Virus record (IMG/VR): IMGVR_UViG_2597489997_000001 | Coordinates: 192,001 to 256,000 of that record | Direction: 5' to 3' (one strand) | Source of the DNA: a virus | Lineage: Duplodnaviria; Caudoviricetes | Length of the DNA: 64,000 nucleotides | Shown: one piece after another, positions 9,509 to 19,496 of the stretch | How positions within the stretch are numbered: position 1 is the first letter of the stretch | Layout of the letters: the number at the start of each line of letters is the position of its first letter | Position numbers and translations under genes: made by a program | The notes under the pieces: generated by a model | Seen by the model: the letters and a program-made list of their open reading frames with translations, nothing else | Databases searched by the model: none | What the model was told of the DNA's origin: nothing

Positions 9509-12500
9509 TTACACTTTTAATTTAAGCGTGGTTGGTTTATTAGCCTTACCAGATCGCACTTCAAGTTGAACTTCGAACTCAACCGGATGAGGGGGTGGGT
9601 ACTTAACTATCTTAATCGTTAATGTACGAGCCACAGAGTTAGATGAAACAGTCAGTCCAGCAAATGTACCAGACTGAGTAATGACCTTCCCAGAAACGTC
9701 CTCAGGTCCAATCTGAGTACCTTCATAAGTCGCTGGATAAACGTACACAACTTCGGTATCGGTTATCTGAACTTTAGGTGTTCCTAACACAAGACGGTTG
9801 TACGGTTTATTGATTCCGTAAACAATCACGTCTGCTTCATAACTAACACCGTCTTTGCTAATACCGCGAACTTTATGATGGACATCTTGTTTGTCATTCA
9901 GGAAGACGATAAACTCACCGTAAACCAGATTGGTAACAGGATCGATAGCCAGCTTACCTTTAGCCAATCTTACATCCTTGGAGGCAGTCCATATTACATC
10001 GCTAAGTTCATTACCCATATTGGTCCAGTATATTCTCAGGACATCCGTCTTAGGGATTATCTCGGAATATACTTGTTGGGTATAACCAACGTTATCTGTG
10101 TTAGCATAACCGGATCTCAGAATAACTTGGTTAGGTGCGCCTTCGATGCTCAGAGCGATATCAAATAGAATAGCTTCGGCATCCACACCAACCTTCTGAT
10201 TAAGTTTTAGAGTATCGCCAATTTGGACCAAATCAATAGGTTCCACTTTAGCTTTCTCACCACCAAACAGATAGTTGATCTTTTCGATCTTAGCAACACC
10301 CACTGAATTACCACGGGTATTCTTCAAGTCATAAGTAAATTCGAATGACCGAGTCGCATTATCCCATACTGGTTTCTTTGTGACCTCAACTGAAAACTTT
10401 GGTTCTTGAGGGGCCGAGCTCTCAATTACACCATCGAAAGAGATAGGGTAAACAGTAGTGTCCGGAGTAGGGAGCATGAATACGTTATTACCTGCGTAAT
10501 ACATATCCTTGCCACGGTTAATTACGGCAGGGAACTTAATGGTGAGTTCATTGCCCACTTGGTTCCACGATGCTACTGGTTCACCAGGAAGGTTATTCAC
10601 TTGCTCTTTCCAGATGCGCTGATTCATACTAATGTATTCAGCAGGAATAGAAGACCAGTCGCCAATCACCCAAGTAACTTCCAATGGTCTAGCTAGATCG
10701 TCACCTATCTTCATGCTTTTGAATTCAGCACGACCAGGAACATTATACTGCTCTTTAAATTCCAGAGTCAGTGTGTTCTTCTGGTCAACGATAAGTGATA
10801 ACGCTCCTTCGAGCACCTGAGATTTCAGTGGGTCATCCAGACGAATACGAATAGCGAAGGTTTTAAGTTCATCCACTGCGCGCATACTGACCAGTGTAGC
10901 GCCAGGGATATTAACATCGCCCAAGGTTACACTTTTGCTTTCACCTAGGTCATGTCTAACCACGCCAACACATATTTCTGTGTATCGGGTGCCCGACAAA
11001 ACAGGATGTGCTAAACCAGCATATTCTAATTCAGCCTCAAACTTAGGCTCTTGTTTGAATTCTACCGTAGCAAGTTTATCAGAGAAGTCAGTGACGTTAG
11101 TATCAGCAAAGCGAATATCAAGGGAGTAGTTACTTCCTGACCAATCCAGCTTACCTAACTCAACGGTCATTGTCACAGCGCCATTCTTAAATGCAAAATC
11201 AGAATAGTTGCGGATTCCCTTGTGTGGATAAATCTCTTCCACGCTCACTACGTCGGTGATGTTAGCTGTGGGCATCCCATCCGGAGTACGCAAACCGAAT
11301 GACAGCCTTACCCTATTACCATCTAACAGTTCAGATTTAACACCCGATACTAAATAAGGGTAGAAGTCAGAACCTATGGTAACATTGGTCTTAACTGACA
11401 TCGGAGGTAATCCATAATCAGGGGTATTGATCAGAGCTGTAAATTCAAACTCGTCTTTCATACCGCTTGGGATAACGTCAACGTAATAAGTCAGATTACC
11501 CTCTTCACTAGAGTACTCCCACTTTTTGACTAACACTCTTCCATTAGGGGTTGAGACTTCATTAGCCATTGTTACGTTGATTGGGTGCGTTCCATCTTCC
11601 CACTGTAGCTTGGTTGTTACGCCAAGAGTATTGTCATTGACCAGCTTAGACATCACTGGGGTAGAAGTTAATTCACCCTCACCGGGTTTCAGGAATAGCT
11701 CAACCTCATCGCTGAAAATAATAGAGCGACAGTTATCAGAAGCAAAAACAAGTCGACCACCGAGAAGTTTCTTAACAGGTCTAAGAGTACGAGCCGCCCC
11801 TCTGAACGTAATCTTAACCACGTTCGCACCAAGATGTTCGAGTTCTGTTTCATACTGAGAACCTTTATTCTCGGCAAGTTTAACTGTGCCGATTGGGTAC
11901 CCTCTTGAAAGTATGAGGGTCTCAACAACATCAGCTGTTTTGATTTCAGTGGCGATCGAATCGATAGCGAGGGATTTCAACACTACTTTCATATCGTAAA
12001 GGAAATCATTTCCTCTAAAGCTATAAATACCTAATGCTGAGAATTCGACATCACGACTATCATCTTGGCGGACATTCCACTGAAGGACTGTCTTGCCTTC
12101 TACAGATTTAACTGATGGAGATAAGATATCTCCCAGACCACGTGAAGTGAATGCATTACGCTGGTAATCATTCAACAGCGAAATAGGAACATTCAGTCCA
12201 GTTTCATCCGAAGTAACTGTAATCGGCAGATTGATTGTTTCGCCTTTAAAGAAAGGGGTACCGTACGCAATCTTACATTTTACTTGCTTAGGTGGGATCT
12301 GAACCAGCAGGCTAACAAAGTGAGGATCGAACTCATCGGCTGTGACTAACATACCCAGCTCATAATCCATTTTAATTAGATTATTTTCATTCACTTTAAT
12401 AGATGCACGAAGATCACCAGTAAGAGGATTGTAATCCACTTTAGAGACCTTAACAGAACCACTTGGTACATTGGTAGCCGATTTCAGAGTAAGCGGTATA

Positions 12501-13267
12501 GAGAGCTTCTCAGGGGGTTTACCTGTCGTACCCCAACGGAAGTTAGCTACAAATGTTAAAAGACCCTTTTCAATAAACCCACCAACCACACGAGACCGAA
12601 TCGTTCTGCTGCGAGGTACGGGACTTTTGACTTTAACATTGGTCGTGGTTTTAGTTTCTTCAACCGCTACTGGGAATTGGACATCGACATCAACCATGTT
12701 GCCCGTAAGCTTATCCATTTTGATGTTGACTGTTAGCTCACCGAGATTACTATCCCAAGTGTGCCAAACACCAGGACCGCTTACATCTACCCAAGCTCGT
12801 TTAGTTGGGCGACCGTCATCACGGGTGACACCAAGAACTACCTTTAATACCTCATCCGTAATACTGGATGAGATTCTCGTGACTTTAGGACCCAACTCGA
12901 GTTTGGACATGCGAGTCTTGAAAGTCAGTGTTGCGGTGTTGTCAGGAGTTTCAACAACCGTCTCGAACAGATATTCTAATACCTGGTCACTATTAGCGGA
13001 AGGTTGGATTTCCATAGTGAATGCAAACAAACCGCTCTCAGGTTTCCAATCAAACCAAATAGGGTATTTGGTTTTGTCTTTTGCATTAACCGTATTAATG
13101 AATGGGGTACGGACCACTGTCCCTTCTGGGATGGATCCTGTATCGTGTTTGATAATAGCGTGAAATGTTACTTGGTCTTTCTTGCTATTGGTTTCTACCT
13201 TTAACAGTTGGACCGAGAACGGTTCATTGGGATCTATCCCAACGCTACTCTCGTGACTAATGTTCAT
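9509..13267 (-). CDS. Large beta-strand-rich repeat protein, probable virion/tail fibre-associated
   Basis: Long ORF (track start 13306; better GGAG RBS before ATG 13267). Recurrent (W/Y)(D/N)xxxGxLx motifs; lies between other structural-type genes. Confidence 0.65.
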   Translation of the reverse strand: MNISHESSVGIDPNEPFSVQLLKVETNSKKDQVTFHAIIKHDTGSIPEGTVVRTPFINTVNAKDKTKYPIWFDWKPESGLFAFTMEIQPSANSDQVLEYLFETVVETPDNTATLTFKTRMSKLELGPKVTRISSSITDEVLKVVLGVTRDDGRPTKRAWVDVSGPGVWHTWDSNLGELTVNIKMDKLTGNMVDVDVQFPVAVEETKTTTNVKVKSPVPRSRTIRSRVVGGFIEKGLLTFVANFRWGTTGKPPEKLSIPLTLKSATNVPSGSVKVSKVDYNPLTGDLRASIKVNENNLIKMDYELGMLVTADEFDPHFVSLLVQIPPKQVKCKIAYGTPFFKGETINLPITVTSDETGLNVPISLLNDYQRNAFTSRGLGDILSPSVKSVEGKTVLQWNVRQDDSRDVEFSALGIYSFRGNDFLYDMKVVLKSLAIDSIATEIKTADVVETLILSRGYPIGTVKLAENKGSQYETELEHLGANVVKITFRGAARTLRPVKKLLGGRLVFASDNCRSIIFSDEVELFLKPGEGELTSTPVMSKLVNDNTLGVTTKLQWEDGTHPINVTMANEVSTPNGRVLVKKWEYSSEEGNLTYYVDVIPSGMKDEFEFTALINTPDYGLPPMSVKTNVTIGSDFYPYLVSGVKSELLDGNRVRLSFGLRTPDGMPTANITDVVSVEEIYPHKGIRNYSDFAFKNGAVTMTVELGKLDWSGSNYSLDIRFADTNVTDFSDKLATVEFKQEPKFEAELEYAGLAHPVLSGTRYTEICVGVVRHDLGESKSVTLGDVNIPGATLVSMRAVDELKTFAIRIRLDDPLKSQVLEGALSLIVDQKNTLTLEFKEQYNVPGRAEFKSMKIGDDLARPLEVTWVIGDWSSIPAEYISMNQRIWKEQVNNLPGEPVASWNQVGNELTIKFPAVINRGKDMYYAGNNVFMLPTPDTTVYPISFDGVIESSAPQEPKFSVEVTKKPVWDNATRSFEFTYDLKNTRGNSVGVAKIEKINYLFGGEKAKVEPIDLVQIGDTLKLNQKVGVDAEAILFDIALSIEGAPNQVILRSGYANTDNVGYTQQVYSEIIPKTDVLRIYWTNMGNELSDVIWTASKDVRLAKGKLAIDPVTNLVYGEFIVFLNDKQDVHHKVRGISKDGVSYEADVIVYGINKPYNRLVLGTPKVQITDTEVVYVYPATYEGTQIGPEDVSGKVITQSGTFAGLTVSSNSVARTLTIKIVKYPPPHPVEFEVQLEVRSGKANKPTTLKLKV

Positions 13268-13348
13268 ACCAGCTCCTGGAGTAAAGAATCGTCTAAGGAC
13301 GGACATAGAATCTGAGAGCCACAGCCCCCAGATTCTAGTTGTAGTCTT

Positions 13349-15484
13349 TTATGAGTGCGGATAAGTCGCAGTGTGGAAGTACACACTGGTCAAATCATCT
13401 TGGTTACTAAAATAGAGACGATAATAGGTTTCGTTAGGATCCCAACCGATTAAACAGTAGAAGGTAACTGTTCTTTCATTTGGATTCTCTCTGCCCGATA
13501 TCCAGCCTGTTGTCAGACTGTCATTCCCGTAATTATAATCACGTTCCACAATCACTTTATCAGAAGTGATGCCGCCCTCAGGAAGTCTAAGGGTAAATTG
13601 CATCATTTTCTTTTCTGGATCGAACTGAGCAGTTATCTCGCCTACATCAACAGGGGTATATGTGAATTCGGTATCTATATCTACCTGTTCACCATTGACC
13701 TCTAATGTCACTCGTGTCAATCCACTCGCTGGGCGGTTGTAATCGACAATGTGCATATCCAGTACGGCAGCTGTACCAACGCCATCAGAGATAGGGGATA
13801 TATTACTGATGCTACTCCATATACCAGGCATCAGGTTCTTATTCTTCCACGTCGCTTGACCGTCAGTGATTCCATTTGCTTTGATCAGTTTGAATACACC
13901 ACGCTTACGGTAACGAGTCATACGTTCCCAGTTCACCACTACACCTTCTGGACCAGTATATCCATATCGATGTTCGAACCAGGTGGATGGTTGTTTAATG
14001 TATTCGTAAGCAGTAACTTTGACTGTACTCAATACCGTTTGAACATCCACTTCCGATAAGTTAGTGAATTTTAGTTCATACCCTTCGGTTGTTTGAGTTA
14101 TGTTGAATCTTTCACCAGATGTTTCATTCATTAACACCGTAGCATCGAAACCGATTCTTCCTTTGATTGGAGTTCTGGCTGGGTCGTTAAAGGTAATGGC
14201 TACTTTGGCTTTAAACAGATATTCCACTTCTGTTTTCTCAAGGGGTTCAGGAATAGCAATGATTCCAGTCGCACCTTCAGGCCAATTAAGATATCTGGCA
14301 CCACTACCAATTATCCAGTTAGAGGTATCACCATTTGCACCGTCAACTAAGAATGAGACATTAAACTCACCCAACTCATTAAACCCAGGACCATCAGTTA
14401 CCACAGTCAGTCGATCACTACTACCTGATAAACTAGTGACTACGGCTTCAAGATGAATATCTTCACCGCCTTCATTGTAGTCATAGAAGATCTTACCAGG
14501 TATTGTTAAGGTATTGGCCTGTACACCACCACCGAACCAATATTGACCTTGGATCTGTTTCCATACCGAAAGGTTACCGCAAGACATTGAGTTCCAGTTT
14601 GGTGGACTGTGATCAAATGACTTATCGAATTCAAACTCGACACCGTTGACAGTAACCTTTCCCTTTATCTCACGCTTGCCAGGATAGAAAGCCTTACGCT
14701 TTAATGTGAGTTTGAGTTTTGCAGTTTTACCATCTGGATTGATAACGAGTTCATCCGCATCAAAGTCAGGATGGGTGGCTGCAAGAACCCATTCAGCACC
14801 TTCAAGTTTCTTACCCAAAGTAAAGGTGAGTGTCGAGATACCAGCGACCATTTGTGAACGAGTGACGGTCATGTCATCTTCATCAGGTCCTATTGGACGA
14901 TACTGGTCTCTGATATACAGAGCGGCGTTCTGTATACCGAGTGAAAGGTCCTCAACAGAAACACTACCTGATGTCATGGACTCCGGATCATAATCAGCGG
15001 TTAATGCCCTGATCTTATCGAACTGGATATTCCCTAACAAATCAGGGATGGTGTTGATTAATGCTTCGGTTTGGATGATAACCCCAAACGTTTGATTCCA
15101 GTCGTTATAAATAACATAGGAATCAACATCTTGCTTATTGGACAATACCGCTCTTAGATCGTCCTGAGTTTCCATAATTGGAACATGAACTTCGAACTCG
15201 TCCAACATTTGTTTAAAGGTAACTGGGAAAATCTCAAGATCGTATCGTGCAAATCCTCGGTGGCGTGCAACGAAACATACTTGTAATCTTCCATCGGGGA
15301 AAGGACAAATAGATTCTATTTGAATATCTCTATATCCCATTCCACCATAACGCTTGACACATTGATCATACATGGCTTGGTTACCTTCAGCCAGGTATTT
15401 ATCCTGTATCTTCTTAAGCGCTATCTTAACACATGGCCAAGCAGGGTACTTGAGCAGTGTCGTAGAATCAAACACTTTATCCAT
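13349..15484 (-). CDS. 711-aa probable virion protein with the shared N-terminal domain and a beta-rich C-terminal region
   Basis: ATG 15484 after GGAG (MDKVFDS...). N-terminus aligns by eye with the giant ORF (RYGGM..IE..FPDG..VCFVARHRGFAR). Confidence 0.7.
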   Translation of the reverse strand: MDKVFDSTTLLKYPAWPCVKIALKKIQDKYLAEGNQAMYDQCVKRYGGMGYRDIQIESICPFPDGRLQVCFVARHRGFARYDLEIFPVTFKQMLDEFEVHVPIMETQDDLRAVLSNKQDVDSYVIYNDWNQTFGVIIQTEALINTIPDLLGNIQFDKIRALTADYDPESMTSGSVSVEDLSLGIQNAALYIRDQYRPIGPDEDDMTVTRSQMVAGISTLTFTLGKKLEGAEWVLAATHPDFDADELVINPDGKTAKLKLTLKRKAFYPGKREIKGKVTVNGVEFEFDKSFDHSPPNWNSMSCGNLSVWKQIQGQYWFGGGVQANTLTIPGKIFYDYNEGGEDIHLEAVVTSLSGSSDRLTVVTDGPGFNELGEFNVSFLVDGANGDTSNWIIGSGARYLNWPEGATGIIAIPEPLEKTEVEYLFKAKVAITFNDPARTPIKGRIGFDATVLMNETSGERFNITQTTEGYELKFTNLSEVDVQTVLSTVKVTAYEYIKQPSTWFEHRYGYTGPEGVVVNWERMTRYRKRGVFKLIKANGITDGQATWKNKNLMPGIWSSISNISPISDGVGTAAVLDMHIVDYNRPASGLTRVTLEVNGEQVDIDTEFTYTPVDVGEITAQFDPEKKMMQFTLRLPEGGITSDKVIVERDYNYGNDSLTTGWISGRENPNERTVTFYCLIGWDPNETYYRLYFSNQDDLTSVYFHTATYPHS

Positions 15485-15566
15485 CTTTACAACTCCAGAT
15501 TGGTTGTTGGTTACCCAAGGGGCATAGGATCCTCCCACACCCCGTTAGGGATGCAGGAGGCTATGG

Positions 15567-15821
15567 TTACAGGTCTATCTCAATATCACCCTTGGGCTTT
15601 ACACAACAAGGTAGGATCTCACCTTTGTTAATGAATGCTAGTGGTTCTCTTATCCATGTCACTTCTCCTTTGAGAAGCTTGCAACGACAAGAACCACAAT
15701 AACCTTCACGACATTGGTACTCCACCTCTACCTGATTGGCCTCTAGGGCAGCAAGTAAAGAAGGATGTTCTCCTTTTACTTCAACTTCTTTATCTAGCTT
15801 AAATAGCTTGATCAGACTCAT
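15567..15821 (-). CDS. yfaE: 2Fe-2S ferredoxin, YfaE-like
   Basis: SLLAALE..VEYQCREGYCGSCRCKL..EILPCC; TAATG overlap with nrdB; same gene order as enterobacterial nrdB-yfaE. Confidence 0.93.
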   Translation of the reverse strand: MSLIKLFKLDKEVEVKGEHPSLLAALEANQVEVEYQCREGYCGSCRCKLLKGEVTWIREPLAFINKGEILPCCVKPKGDIEIDL

Positions 15822-16954
15822 TACAGTTGGAAATCACCGAACTCGGCAGTATCTACTTCTGAGTCGATCTGACCTACCAGGTAAGAAGAAACTTCTACTT
15901 CCTGAGGAGCAACCTGAACGTTGTCAGTTACCAGCCATGAGTTAATCCATGGAATTGGGTTAGAGTTGGTTTTGAATGGAAGATCCAAACCGATCGCCTG
16001 CATACGGATGTTGGTAATGTACTCAACATACTGGCAGAGGATCTCTTTGTTCAGACCGATCATTGAACCATCTTTGAACAGATAGTCAGCCCACTCTTTT
16101 TCTTGCTGAGCGGTAGCAACGAACATGTCGTATGACTCTTGACGACACTCTGCTGCAATCTCAGCCATCTCTGGATCATCTTTACCAGAGTTCATCAGGT
16201 TGATGATGTGCTGAGTACCAACCATGTGAAGTGCTTCGTCACGTGCGATCATTTTGATGATCTTAGCGTTACCTTCCATCAGCTTACGTTCGGCAAATGC
16301 GAATGAGCAAGCGAAGGATACGTAGAAACGAATAGCTTCAAGTGAGTTGATAGATTGCAGAGCCAGGTACAGTGCTTTCTTAATAGCACGAAGATTAACA
16401 TTAACCTTCTCGCCATTGACTACGTGGTCACCCAGACCCAGGTAATAGTACTGGTTGATCAAGGCAATCAGTTTGTCGTAGTAATGGGAAACAGATGCAG
16501 CACGTTTCTTGATATGTTCGTTATCTACAACGTCATCAAAGACAATGGAAGGATCGTTAACGATGTTCCTGATGATGTGAGTATAGCTACGACTGTGGAT
16601 GGTTTCAGAGAAGCCCCAGGTCTCAGCCCATGTTTCCAGCTCTGGGATAGAGCAGATCGGGAGTAATGCAACGTTTGGACCACGGCCCTGGATAGAGTCC
16701 AGTAGTGTCTGATATTTCAGGTTACTGATGAACAGGTGTTTCTCGTGATCTGGTAAAGCCATGTAGTCAATACGGTCACGGGAGACATCTACTTCTTCAG
16801 GACGCCAGAAGAAAGAAAGTTGTTTCTCAATGAGTTTCTCAAAGATCTCATACTTCTGTTGGTCGTAACGAGAAACGTTGACGTTTTGACCCAGGAACAT
16901 GTGTTCTTGTAATTGATCGTTTTTGTTTTGGTTGAAAGTTGAGTAACCTGACAT
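15821..16954 (-). CDS. nrdB: Class Ia ribonucleotide reductase beta subunit
   Basis: [52 protein letters not shown]-terminal [14 protein letters not shown]. Confidence 0.98.
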   Translation of the reverse strand: MSGYSTFNQNKNDQLQEHMFLGQNVNVSRYDQQKYEIFEKLIEKQLSFFWRPEEVDVSRDRIDYMALPDHEKHLFISNLKYQTLLDSIQGRGPNVALLPICSIPELETWAETWGFSETIHSRSYTHIIRNIVNDPSIVFDDVVDNEHIKKRAASVSHYYDKLIALINQYYYLGLGDHVVNGEKVNVNLRAIKKALYLALQSINSLEAIRFYVSFACSFAFAERKLMEGNAKIIKMIARDEALHMVGTQHIINLMNSGKDDPEMAEIAAECRQESYDMFVATAQQEKEWADYLFKDGSMIGLNKEILCQYVEYITNIRMQAIGLDLPFKTNSNPIPWINSWLVTDNVQVAPQEVEVSSYLVGQIDSEVDTAEFGDFQL

Positions 16955-17044
16955 GTCTAATTCCTTGAAAAAGATTGGGATTGAATTTGTTTAGCTAATG
17001 ATGTAATCGTTGATAAAAACTTTACTGTCTAATGTAACAGTACT

Positions 17045-17134
17045 TTATTAATCCCTTCCCTATTATTTAGTTTAGATATCTCCGGTTAGGAGGGGGAAGG
17101 GGAGTTTGTTTAATAACGCGTTTACGAAGTAAAC
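17045..17134. other. Structured intergenic element between divergent transcription units
   Basis: TTATTAA/TTAATAA and TCCCTTCCCT/GGGGAAGGGG pairings, an inner CTCC-GGTTA-GGAG hairpin, and a GTTTAC-GAA-GTAAAC hairpin. Confidence 0.4.
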
Positions 17135-17183
17135 ATCCTTTAATGTCCTTTCCCGGTGAGCAGCCTGATTCATTTGTATATGG

Positions 17184-17211
17184 TTTCAGACATATATTAT
17201 TTACGTGTATA
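17184..17211 (+). promoter_or_regulatory. Phage early promoter motif, copy 1
   Basis: TTTCAGACATATATTATTTACGTGTATA; matches six other copies upstream of plus-strand genes and resembles the phiKZ early TATATTAC motif. Confidence 0.8.
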
Positions 17212-17246
17212 ACATAAACCTATTCAAACTTATTAAGGATGTCATC

Positions 17247-17531
17247 ATGTCTAACTTCATCAAAAACGTAATTGCTAATATCTTCTTTATCTTAGGCTTG
17301 ATCATCGCCGGCATCCTGGGTTTATTTCTGGCTGCTTTTAAAGTGATCGTTATCGCGGCCAACTGTTACTGGAAAACAGTCTACACCATCAGCTCTTTCA
17401 TGCTTGAGCATTTTGGCGCTATCTTCTCAGTGATCATCATTGGTGTATTTGGTTACGCTATTCTCTCACCACGTGACCCTAACTTCATTTCTCAAGATGA
17501 CCCGCGTCATCCTTGCAACAACGAACTTTAA
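17247..17531 (+). CDS. Small two-TM membrane protein
   Basis: AAGGA RBS, ATG 17247 (MSNFIKNV), two hydrophobic segments. Confidence 0.75.
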   Translation: MSNFIKNVIANIFFILGLIIAGILGLFLAAFKVIVIAANCYWKTVYTISSFMLEHFGAIFSVIIIGVFGYAILSPRDPNFISQDDPRHPCNNEL

Positions 17532-17558
17532 TTAACCTATTTATAAGGAATCAAAATC

Positions 17559-17816
17559 ATGACTAACTTTATTCTGAACGTACTGTGGATCATCTTCCTG
17601 GCAGTTATCTCCATTGTCAACCTGTTCCATAAAGCTGTAGTTGCAGTGGGTGTTGCAATCGTAAATACTTTCTTCTGGATCGGTGATCACTTCATCGAAC
17701 TCTTCGCAGGGTTCCTGGTTGTGAGTGTAGGTTACCTGGTATTGAATCCACCTGTTGTTATTGAAGAGGAAGAAGTTGAAGAACCAGTTGACCTGGTTTT
17801 AGTCATCAATTTTTAA
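17559..17816 (+). CDS. Small membrane protein, paralog of the upstream gene
   Basis: TAAGGA RBS; MxNFIxNV...HF...GYxxLxP shared with 17247; acidic tail. Confidence 0.75.
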   Translation: MTNFILNVLWIIFLAVISIVNLFHKAVVAVGVAIVNTFFWIGDHFIELFAGFLVVSVGYLVLNPPVVIEEEEVEEPVDLVLVINF

Positions 17817-17851
17817 GAAACTATCAAAACCACTAAAGAAGGGAAATTGTA

Positions 17852-18151
17852 ATGAAGAAGTTGATCTTAGCTGTGTGCGTTCTGGCTACTGTAAGCGCTC
17901 AGGCTGCTGTTGATCCTCAGCCGACCCAGATGTGTCGGGTGGAAGTCTGTAACAAGCTGGAGCGCGTTACGTTAAGCGTCAGCAAGTGGATCTCTGACAG
18001 CATGGGTGAAACGTGTTTCGATATTACCATGCCGAAGTCTGAAGCCATTCCGGGTTCAGTACTCAGTTCAGAATCTCGTTGGTATCAGGGTAGTTTTAAC
18101 CCTACTAAGAAATCAGTTACCCGAGTCAGCCGTGTACTCGAGTGTCAATAA
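17852..18151 (+). CDS. Secreted cysteine-containing protein
   Basis: Sec signal peptide MKKLILAVCVLATVSAQA; four Cys in the mature part. Confidence 0.75.
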   Translation: MKKLILAVCVLATVSAQAAVDPQPTQMCRVEVCNKLERVTLSVSKWISDSMGETCFDITMPKSEAIPGSVLSSESRWYQGSFNPTKKSVTRVSRVLECQ

Positions 18152-18158
18152 TTTAATC

Positions 18159-18176
18159 GCCCTCTGAAAGGAGGGC
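18159..18176 (+). terminator. Intrinsic terminator
   Basis: GCCCTCT-GAAA-GGAGGGC followed by TTTCTTATTT. Confidence 0.7.
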
Positions 18177-18201
18177 TTTCTTATTTGAAAAGGATATTAA
18201 A

Positions 18202-18669
18202 ATGAAATACGCATTAATCGCTCTGGCATTATCTACCGCTGTTCTGTCTTTCGGATCTCAGGCTAGTACCGATCCGCTGGATATCGTTGGCGATCGTTGT
18301 GCTCCAGGTGATGTGATCTTCTATGGCCAGAATGTGAAGCACACCAAAGAAGTTCTGATTTGCCAGTTGGGTACGAATATCTTCTACTCATTTGGTCGTA
18401 TTGGTCAAGAACCAGAGATGGTTGTTAAGTCTGATAACTCAGAATCTAAAGTAGAGATCTCTGATGGAAATGTTTGGTCAACCGATTACATCTATGTTCC
18501 TAACGTGGATGTAACTTATCGTGTTGGCCATACTGGCGACTTCATTCAAAACACCGAGGAAGAAGCCATCTACGTTTATAGCGAAGTTCGTGAAGAACCG
18601 ATTGCTGTGATTAAACTAGACCCTGCAACTGTGGTCAACGGAATTCGTTCCAACTTTGTCCCAAACTAA
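18202..18669 (+). CDS. Secreted/periplasmic protein
   Basis: Signal peptide MKYALIALALSTAVLSFGSQA; AAGGA RBS; one Cys pair. Confidence 0.75.
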   Translation: MKYALIALALSTAVLSFGSQASTDPLDIVGDRCAPGDVIFYGQNVKHTKEVLICQLGTNIFYSFGRIGQEPEMVVKSDNSESKVEISDGNVWSTDYIYVPNVDVTYRVGHTGDFIQNTEEEAIYVYSEVREEPIAVIKLDPATVVNGIRSNFVPN

Positions 18670-18787
18670 ACATCTAACCTAATAGAGGTGGCAAAAATAA
18701 ATCGACTTACCAGTCGTTGAGAATACTTTTCATTATTCTTACAAAACTGTTTATCAATTTCAAACTTTAGTATAGAAGGAAAGAATC

Positions 18788-19177
18788 ATGAAAACTATTA
18801 TCGATATCATCCGTGCTTTGTTCCACAAACTGTGGGTATCTCCTAAACACGCTTTGGTTGTTGGTTTTATTCTTGCATTGACCAACAGCTTATTCCTGTT
18901 CTCTGCTTGGATCGTTATTTATGCATCTATGTATTATGGTCACAAGGTTGCTCTGGCTGCTTCGGATTATAATGATTACTCTCGGTATACGCCGTATGCT
19001 GAAGCCGACTTGCGTTTCAAAGATGCAATCACCCCGTCCTTCTTTAAAGCTCTGGCGATTTACGCAGCAGTCTTTACTGGTAACTTTTGGCTTATTCCTG
19101 TCTGTTACTTAATTACAGATAACAGCACTTGCTATGCTTACATCAACAGAGGTTTCCGTTATGTTATCGTTCTTTGA
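18788..19177 (+). CDS. Membrane protein, hypothetical
   Basis: AAGGA RBS; hydrophobic segments. Confidence 0.7.
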   Translation: MKTIIDIIRALFHKLWVSPKHALVVGFILALTNSLFLFSAWIVIYASMYYGHKVALAASDYNDYSRYTPYAEADLRFKDAITPSFFKALAIYAAVFTGNFWLIPVCYLITDNSTCYAYINRGFRYVIVL

Positions 19178-19493
19178 TCGCACAGCTCCTTTGTATGGGC
19201 TGCCGATCTACTGGTTCGCAGCTCAGTTCAATCCGGTATTAGCAGCGGCATTGTTCAACGTGTACTTAGTGATTGTTCTGATCACCCTGCTCAAAAAGAT
19301 CATGAAGGCTAATAAAGGTAAACCTCAGGAAGTGGCTAAGGTCAATACCGCTTCCTGGGTTTCTTCTATCGCTGTCATGTTAATTACCATTTGGGGTGTT
19401 GTTACGACATCCTCACTGTTCATTATTGCTGTGGGTGTAATTGTAGTGATGAGCATCGAAACTATCCGTAAACGAAAATTAGACAAGGAATAA
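19161..19493 (+). CDS. Membrane protein, hypothetical
   Basis: GAGGT RBS before ATG 19161; three to four hydrophobic segments. Confidence 0.7.
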   Translation: MLSFFDRTAPLYGLPIYWFAAQFNPVLAAALFNVYLVIVLITLLKKIMKANKGKPQEVAKVNTASWVSSIAVMLITIWGVVTTSSLFIIAVGVIVVMSIETIRKRKLDKE

Positions 19494-19496
19494 CAA

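Noticed and set aside
265-15631. Many 60-230-aa plus-strand ORFs
   Set aside because: Antisense shadows of the long minus-strand genes; no RBS context or recognisable motifs.
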